The translations under genes and the position numbers were made by a program. DNA of 64,000 nt from Bacillota bacterium (lineage in GTDB: Bacteria > Bacillota > JAAYKD01). Below the pieces are notes generated by a model. That model saw nothing but the letters and a program-made list of their open reading frames with translations. It was not told where the DNA came from and searched no databases. Position 1 is the first letter of the stretch, and every line of letters starts with the position of its first letter. The stretch covers positions 2,240,001 through 2,304,000 of the forward strand of contig OY762825.2 of the NCBI GenBank assembly GCA_963666425.2. The letters are read 5' to 3'. Of the stretch, positions 59,088 to 64,000 are shown one piece after another.

Positions 59088-60650
59088 GTGATGGAGAAAG
59101 AGCAAGCCAATTACAGCAATGCCATCGAATTACGGGGTATCTGTAAAGCATTTGGCACCGTCGTCGCAAACAAAAATATTGACCTAACCGTTCGGAAGGG
59201 CGAGATTCTTGCTCTTCTGGGTGAAAACGGCTCGGGGAAAACCACGCTGATGAACATGCTGTCGGGGATTTATCACCCCGACAGCGGTTCTATTTTTGTT
59301 TATGGCCACGAAGTGCATATCCGATCTCCGCAAGATGCAATGGCACTCGGAATCGGTATGATCCACCAGCATTATAAGCTGGTGGATAACCTGACAGCGA
59401 CCGAGAACATCATTCTCGGTACCGATACCAAACGTCAAGCTGCGCGGACTTTAAGCGAAAAAGTGCGTCAGATCAGCAATCGTTTCGGATTGGAAATCCA
59501 GCCGGATAAGAAGATTTACGATATGTCGGTCAGTGAAAAACAAACGGTCGAAATCGTCAAAGTCTTGTATCGCGGCGCCAATATTCTGGTCCTGGATGAA
59601 CCCACTGCCGTTTTGACTCCGCAGGAAACAGAAAAACTCTTCGCAATTCTCCGGCGTATGAAACAGGATGACTGTGCCGTGATTATCATTACCCATAAGC
59701 TCAATGAAGTGCTGGAAATCAGTGATCGGGTGGCGGTATTGCGCAAAGGCGAAAGCGTCGCCACGGTGGCAACGGCCGGTTGTGATATCAATCAATTGAC
59801 GGAACTGATGGTGGGTCGTGCTGTGAATTTATCCATTGACCGGCCAAAAACCGCTCAGAAAACACCGATTTTAGAAATCGTGCACCTGGGTGTGAAAAAC
59901 ACAGATGGGATCGCCGCCTTAAAAGATGTGAATTTTGATTTGCGCAAAGGGGAGATCTTGGGTGTGGCTGGCATTGCCGGCAGCGGCCAAAAAGAATTGT
60001 GTGAAGCGGTAGCGGGGCTGCATCCGGTCGAAGAGGGCGCCATTCTCTTTCGAAAACAGAATTTGGTCGGTAGAACGCCCGAAGAAATCATCAAGTTGGG
60101 CATCAGCATGAGCTTTGTGCCGGAAGATCGTCTTGGCATGGGACTGGTGGCTGCGATGGGTATGACCGACAACATGATTTTAAAAAGCTATCGGGCAGGC
60201 AAAGGCTTTTTGGTTGACCGCAAACCGGGCCGGGCACTCGCTGCCCGCCTGATTCAACGTTTGGGGATTATCACACCGGATACCGAAACGCCGGTCAGCC
60301 GCTTATCCGGCGGCAATGTGCAGAAAGTACTGCTGGGCCGCGAGATCGAGTCGCAGCCCAATGTGCTGATCACGGCTTACCCGGTGCGGGGCTTGGATAT
60401 CAATTCCTCTTATCTGATTTACAGTCTGCTCAACGAACAAAAGGCCGCCGGTGTGGCGATCCTTTATATCGGTGAGGATTTAGACGTGCTTCTGGAATTG
60501 TGTGACCGTATTTTGGTCCTTTATGACGGCAGAGTACAGGCGATTCTGAAAGCAGAAGAGGCGACGAAGGAGATGCTGGGTTTGTTGATGACCGGCAGCC
60601 CATTAACGGCAGAGGGAGGCGAAAAGCATGCCACCGAAAGAAATTCTTGA
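59088..60650 (+). CDS. Nucleoside/purine ABC transporter ATPase
   Basis: GENGSGKTT, DEPTAVL, LSGGNVQK. Confidence 0.95.
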   Translation: MMEKEQANYSNAIELRGICKAFGTVVANKNIDLTVRKGEILALLGENGSGKTTLMNMLSGIYHPDSGSIFVYGHEVHIRSPQDAMALGIGMIHQHYKLVDNLTATENIILGTDTKRQAARTLSEKVRQISNRFGLEIQPDKKIYDMSVSEKQTVEIVKVLYRGANILVLDEPTAVLTPQETEKLFAILRRMKQDDCAVIIITHKLNEVLEISDRVAVLRKGESVATVATAGCDINQLTELMVGRAVNLSIDRPKTAQKTPILEIVHLGVKNTDGIAALKDVNFDLRKGEILGVAGIAGSGQKELCEAVAGLHPVEEGAILFRKQNLVGRTPEEIIKLGISMSFVPEDRLGMGLVAAMGMTDNMILKSYRAGKGFLVDRKPGRALAARLIQRLGIITPDTETPVSRLSGGNVQKVLLGREIESQPNVLITAYPVRGLDINSSYLIYSLLNEQKAAGVAILYIGEDLDVLLELCDRILVLYDGRVQAILKAEEATKEMLGLLMTGSPLTAEGGEKHATERNS

Positions 60651-61725
60651 GGCGAACACCCGCGAGCCCTTGCTGCGGATTGTCAGTATCCCGGAAAGCT
60701 CCGAGCGAAGAGGGATCGTCCTGCGTATTTTGGCAGTCGTGGCAGCGCTGATTGCCGGCAGTTTTTTCATCGCTCTGCTCGGGCATAATCCGCTCACCGT
60801 CTATTTCGCCATGCTGAAGGGCAGTTTCGGCACGCCAATGAGCTTTCAGGGCACCGCTAAGATTGCCATTCCCCTGGTGATTTGTGCGCTTGGTGTCACA
60901 CCTGCTTTTCGGATGCGGTTTTGGAATATCGGCGGGGAAGGGCAGATGATAGTCGGCGCCATTGCCGCTTCTTATTTTGCCTTATTTCATGCCGATTGGC
61001 CGCATGTGCTCTTGCTTTTGGTGATGGCTGCGGCCGCTATTGTGGCAGGTGGTCTGTATGGTTTAATTCCGGCTTTTTTCAAAGCGCGCTTTAACACCAA
61101 TGAAACTTTACTGACCTTAATGGCCAATTATATCGCCCTTTATGTGGTGCAGTATTTGCGGGAAGGTCCCTGGAAAGATCCCGGTGCCAAAGGCTTCCCA
61201 CAGATTGCACGTTTTGCCGCAAGCGCCCGCCTTGGCATGCTGGGCGGAATCCATGTTGGTTGGGTGGTTGCTGTCTTACTCGTCCCGGTGATTTTTGTTT
61301 ATCTGAAATACAGCAAGAATGGCTACGAAATTGCCGTGGTGGGTGAAAGTGAAAAAACCGCCGCCTACGCCGGTATCAATGTGCGCAAAGTAATTATGCG
61401 CACCATGTTTCTCAGCGGCGCGATCTGCGGCTTGGCCGGGATGCTGCAGGCATCCGGAGCCGATCGCACACTGACCGATTCTGTGGCCGGTGGCATCGGT
61501 TTTACCGCCATCATCATCGCCTGGCTGGCCAATCTCAATGCGCCGGTCATTCTGCTGGTCTCTTTATTGTTTGCCGTTTTGGAAAAAGGCGGCGGTTATA
61601 TTCAGTCGATGTTCATGATCTCCTCTTCCGCTGCCGGTGTTCTGGAGGGAATCATTCTCTTCTTTGTCTTGGGATTTGAATTCTTTATCCGCTACAAAGT
61701 AGTGGTGCGCAGGAAAGGGGTGTAG
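60628..61725 (+). CDS. Nucleoside/purine ABC permease 1
   Basis: FWNIGGEGQ, NETLLTLM.NY, GFTAIIIAWLA. Confidence 0.92.
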   Translation: MPPKEILEANTREPLLRIVSIPESSERRGIVLRILAVVAALIAGSFFIALLGHNPLTVYFAMLKGSFGTPMSFQGTAKIAIPLVICALGVTPAFRMRFWNIGGEGQMIVGAIAASYFALFHADWPHVLLLLVMAAAAIVAGGLYGLIPAFFKARFNTNETLLTLMANYIALYVVQYLREGPWKDPGAKGFPQIARFAASARLGMLGGIHVGWVVAVLLVPVIFVYLKYSKNGYEIAVVGESEKTAAYAGINVRKVIMRTMFLSGAICGLAGMLQASGADRTLTDSVAGGIGFTAIIIAWLANLNAPVILLVSLLFAVLEKGGGYIQSMFMISSSAAGVLEGIILFFVLGFEFFIRYKVVVRRKGV

Positions 61726-61727
61726 CC

Positions 61728-62690
61728 ATGCAAACAAATTATCTGGTGAGTTTTGTTTTCGCTGTGATTGTGGCCGGCACACCCTTGCTCTTCGCTACCC
61801 TGGGTGAGATCATTACGGAAAAAGTCGGCAACATGAACCTTGGCGTGGAGGGTATGATGTATATCGGCGCCGCGGCCAGCTTTGCTGCGGCCTATTATAC
61901 CGGCAGTGCCATTCTGTTTTTAGTGGCTGCGGTGGTGGCCGGCATCCTGGCCTCTTTGATTTATGCTTTGCTGACTGTCACCCTGAAGGCAAATCAATCG
62001 GTGACCGGTTTGGCTTTGACGATCTTCGGCACCGGCCTGGCGAACTTCGTGGGGGAGACCATCACTACCCGTTCCCCGACTCATACGGCAGTGTTGAATT
62101 CAGCGCTGGTCGATCGCTTTGATTCCATCTCAATTCCGGGTTTGAGCAACCTGCCGGTGATCGGCAAATTGCTTTTTTCGTATAACCCCTTTGTCTACTT
62201 TGCTATTCTTTGTGCTGTGATCGCAGGGCTTTTTCTTTATCGCAGCATTCGAGGCTTGAACCTCAGAGCGGTTGGGGAAAATACAGCCGCTGCCGACGCT
62301 TCCGGCATTAACGTCACGCTCTATAAATATCTCGGCATTGCTGCCGGCGGGGCTTTGAGCGGCATGGGCGGCGCTTACATTATTATGATTACCTGCGGTG
62401 GTACCTGGACGGCCAACTGTGTCAGTGGTTTGGGTTGGATTGCCGTAGCGCTGGTCATTTTTGCTGGTTGGAATCCTTATAAAGCCATTTTTGGCTCGGC
62501 GATTTTTGGCGCTTTACGCGTGCTGCGCTTCTATGTGCCGAAGAGCGTGATCAATATCCCCAATTCTTTTTATGCCATGCTGCCTTTTGTCGTCACGGCT
62601 TTGGTGATTATTTTTACCTCGATTCGCAACTCGCGCGAGATTCAGCAGCCTGCCGGCTGCGGAGTCAGCTATTACCGCGAGGAACGTTAG
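61728..62690 (+). CDS. Nucleoside/purine ABC permease 2
   Basis: EK.G.MNLGVEG, LRAVGEN..AAD.SGINV, GWIAVALVIF, YYREER. Confidence 0.93.
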   Translation: MQTNYLVSFVFAVIVAGTPLLFATLGEIITEKVGNMNLGVEGMMYIGAAASFAAAYYTGSAILFLVAAVVAGILASLIYALLTVTLKANQSVTGLALTIFGTGLANFVGETITTRSPTHTAVLNSALVDRFDSISIPGLSNLPVIGKLLFSYNPFVYFAILCAVIAGLFLYRSIRGLNLRAVGENTAAADASGINVTLYKYLGIAAGGALSGMGGAYIIMITCGGTWTANCVSGLGWIAVALVIFAGWNPYKAIFGSAIFGALRVLRFYVPKSVINIPNSFYAMLPFVVTALVIIFTSIRNSREIQQPAGCGVSYYREER

Positions 62691-62721
62691 CGCTGCTATG
62701 CTTTTTTATAGATTGAAAACC

Positions 62722-62758
62722 AAAAACAAGCTTCCGCTGATCTGGAAGCTTGTTTTTT
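62722..62758 (+). terminator. Terminator after xpt-ABC operon
   Basis: AAAAACAAGCTTCC-gctgatct-GGAAGCTTGTTTTTT. Confidence 0.85.
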
Positions 62759-63056
62759 GAAACTCAAACTGCAAAGAGTAGCGCTATTTACTGAAAAAAT
62801 TAAATAATGACAGAAAATCTAGTTTATAAAAGGGTTGGCAAGATTTCAAATTCGCAGATTCCGGGTTATAATAGGAAAGGAATCTTCGTATCATAACAAG
62901 GTGTGGAAACGCTGAACGGCGAAAACAAGTTTCGCTGAACTGCAGCAAAGGCAATCATAAAAAGAAAACCCGCTGCATCGTTTGATTCACGGTTTTACTC
63001 CGTATTTACGGTAAAAATCGTAAAAAAGGACATGATCAAGAGAAAGAGGGCTAAAT

Positions 63057-63899
63057 ATGTTCGAAATTATCAGAAAAATCGAGTTGAACCCTACTGTTAC
63101 CCAACTGGATATCTATGCTCCGCTGGTCGCGAAAAAAGCAGAACCGGGACAGTTCATCATCCTGCGCGTGGATGCCGAAGGGGAAAGAATTCCTTTGACT
63201 GTAGCGGACTATGATCGCAGCAGCGGCAGCGTTTCCATCATCTTTCAAATTGTGGGTGCGACAACCGCCAAATTGAATCACCTCAAGGTGGGTGATTCCT
63301 TACAGGACTTTGTCGGTCCGCTCGGGAAACCAACCGAAACAGACGGATTAAAGAAAGTGGCTGTGGTCGGCGGCGGCGTTGGCTGCGCCATCGCCTATCC
63401 GATCGCCAAGAAACTGCATGAACTGGGTGCAGAAGTGCATACGATCGTCGGTTTTCGCAGCAAAGACCTGGTCATCCTGGAAGATCAATTCAAGTGTTCC
63501 TGCAGTTTATTGAAGATGATGACAGATGACGGCAGTTATGGTGAAAAAGGATTTGGCACCGATGCCTTGAAAGCCCTGATTGAGAGCGGCGAGCAATATG
63601 ATGAAGTGATTGCCATCGGACCTTTGATGATGATGAAATTCGTCTGTAAGCTGACGAAAATCTATGGGATTAAAACCATTGTCAGTATGAATCCGATCAT
63701 GATCGACGGTACCGGTATGTGCGGCTGCTGCCGATTGACGGTGGGCGGCAAAACCAAATTTGCCTGCGTGGACGGACCGGATTTTGACGGGCATCAGGTT
63801 GATTTTGACGAAGTCATCGCGCGCGCCTCGATGTATCAGGCGTTTGAGCGAACAGCTTTCGAGCATACCTGCAATCTCTTTCAATTGGAGGTAGAATAA
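63057..63899 (+). CDS. nfnA: NfnA/SudB small subunit of electron-bifurcating transhydrogenase
   Basis: PGQF..LR....GERIPLT, GGGVG, NPIMIDGTGMCGCCR, CVDGPDFD. Confidence 0.88.
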   Translation: MFEIIRKIELNPTVTQLDIYAPLVAKKAEPGQFIILRVDAEGERIPLTVADYDRSSGSVSIIFQIVGATTAKLNHLKVGDSLQDFVGPLGKPTETDGLKKVAVVGGGVGCAIAYPIAKKLHELGAEVHTIVGFRSKDLVILEDQFKCSCSLLKMMTDDGSYGEKGFGTDALKALIESGEQYDEVIAIGPLMMMKFVCKLTKIYGIKTIVSMNPIMIDGTGMCGCCRLTVGGKTKFACVDGPDFDGHQVDFDEVIARASMYQAFERTAFEHTCNLFQLEVE

Positions 63900-63900
63900 A

Positions 63901-64000
63901 TTGACGAATTTATCTTTAAAGAAAAATCCAATGCCTGCGCAAGACCCAAACGTCCGAAATAAGAATTTTTTGGAAGTCACCCTCGGCTATACGGCAGAGC
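63901..64000 (+). CDS. nfnB: NfnB/SudA (GltD-like) large subunit, 5' fragment
   Basis: TTG start: MTNLSLKKNPMPAQDPNVRNKNFLEVTLGYT. Confidence 0.8.
   Translation, partial: MTNLSLKKNPMPAQDPNVRNKNFLEVTLGYTAE

Noticed and set aside
62880-63056. Possible ANTAR or other RNA element in the nfnA leader
   Set aside because: Small hairpins exist (GCGAAA..TTTCGC) but loop size and spacing do not fit the dual-hexaloop ANTAR motif, and no terminator is evident.
1-64000. CRISPR arrays, tRNA, rRNA
   Set aside because: No regularly spaced direct repeats, cloverleaf or rRNA signatures seen by manual reading.

Overview
64 kb of chromosome from an anaerobic Bacillota/Firmicutes-type bacterium (cdaA-cdaR-glmM-glmS cluster, strong GGAGG RBSs, sigmaA and many sigmaH-like promoters, NfnAB). 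Mostly housekeeping and nutrient-scavenging genes: an ars cassette (arsP, thioredoxin-like, acr3), prs, pxpABC, two BMP-type nucleoside ABC transporters, xpt, tex, ppiB, an M20 amidohydrolase, ktrAB, a radical SAM protein, pcrA, two tldD plus tldE, and nfnAB at the right edge. Mobile DNA: a complete IS3/IS150-group element inserted into a terminator loop, a ~70-bp miniature derivative of its ends in another terminator loop, and a decayed low-GC islet (dinD, small basic ORF, pore-less K+ channel fragment). The best candidate for an undescribed system is a four-gene module at 34.5-38.8 kb built around a GlmL/MutL-like ASKHA ATPase with no B12 mutase in the window, plus a possibly related orphan membrane protein at 46.3 kb. 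An unannotated 50-aa basic Zn-ribbon gene lies at 23.0 kb. No rRNA, tRNA or CRISPR array was seen. All family assignments come from motif recognition, not database searches.
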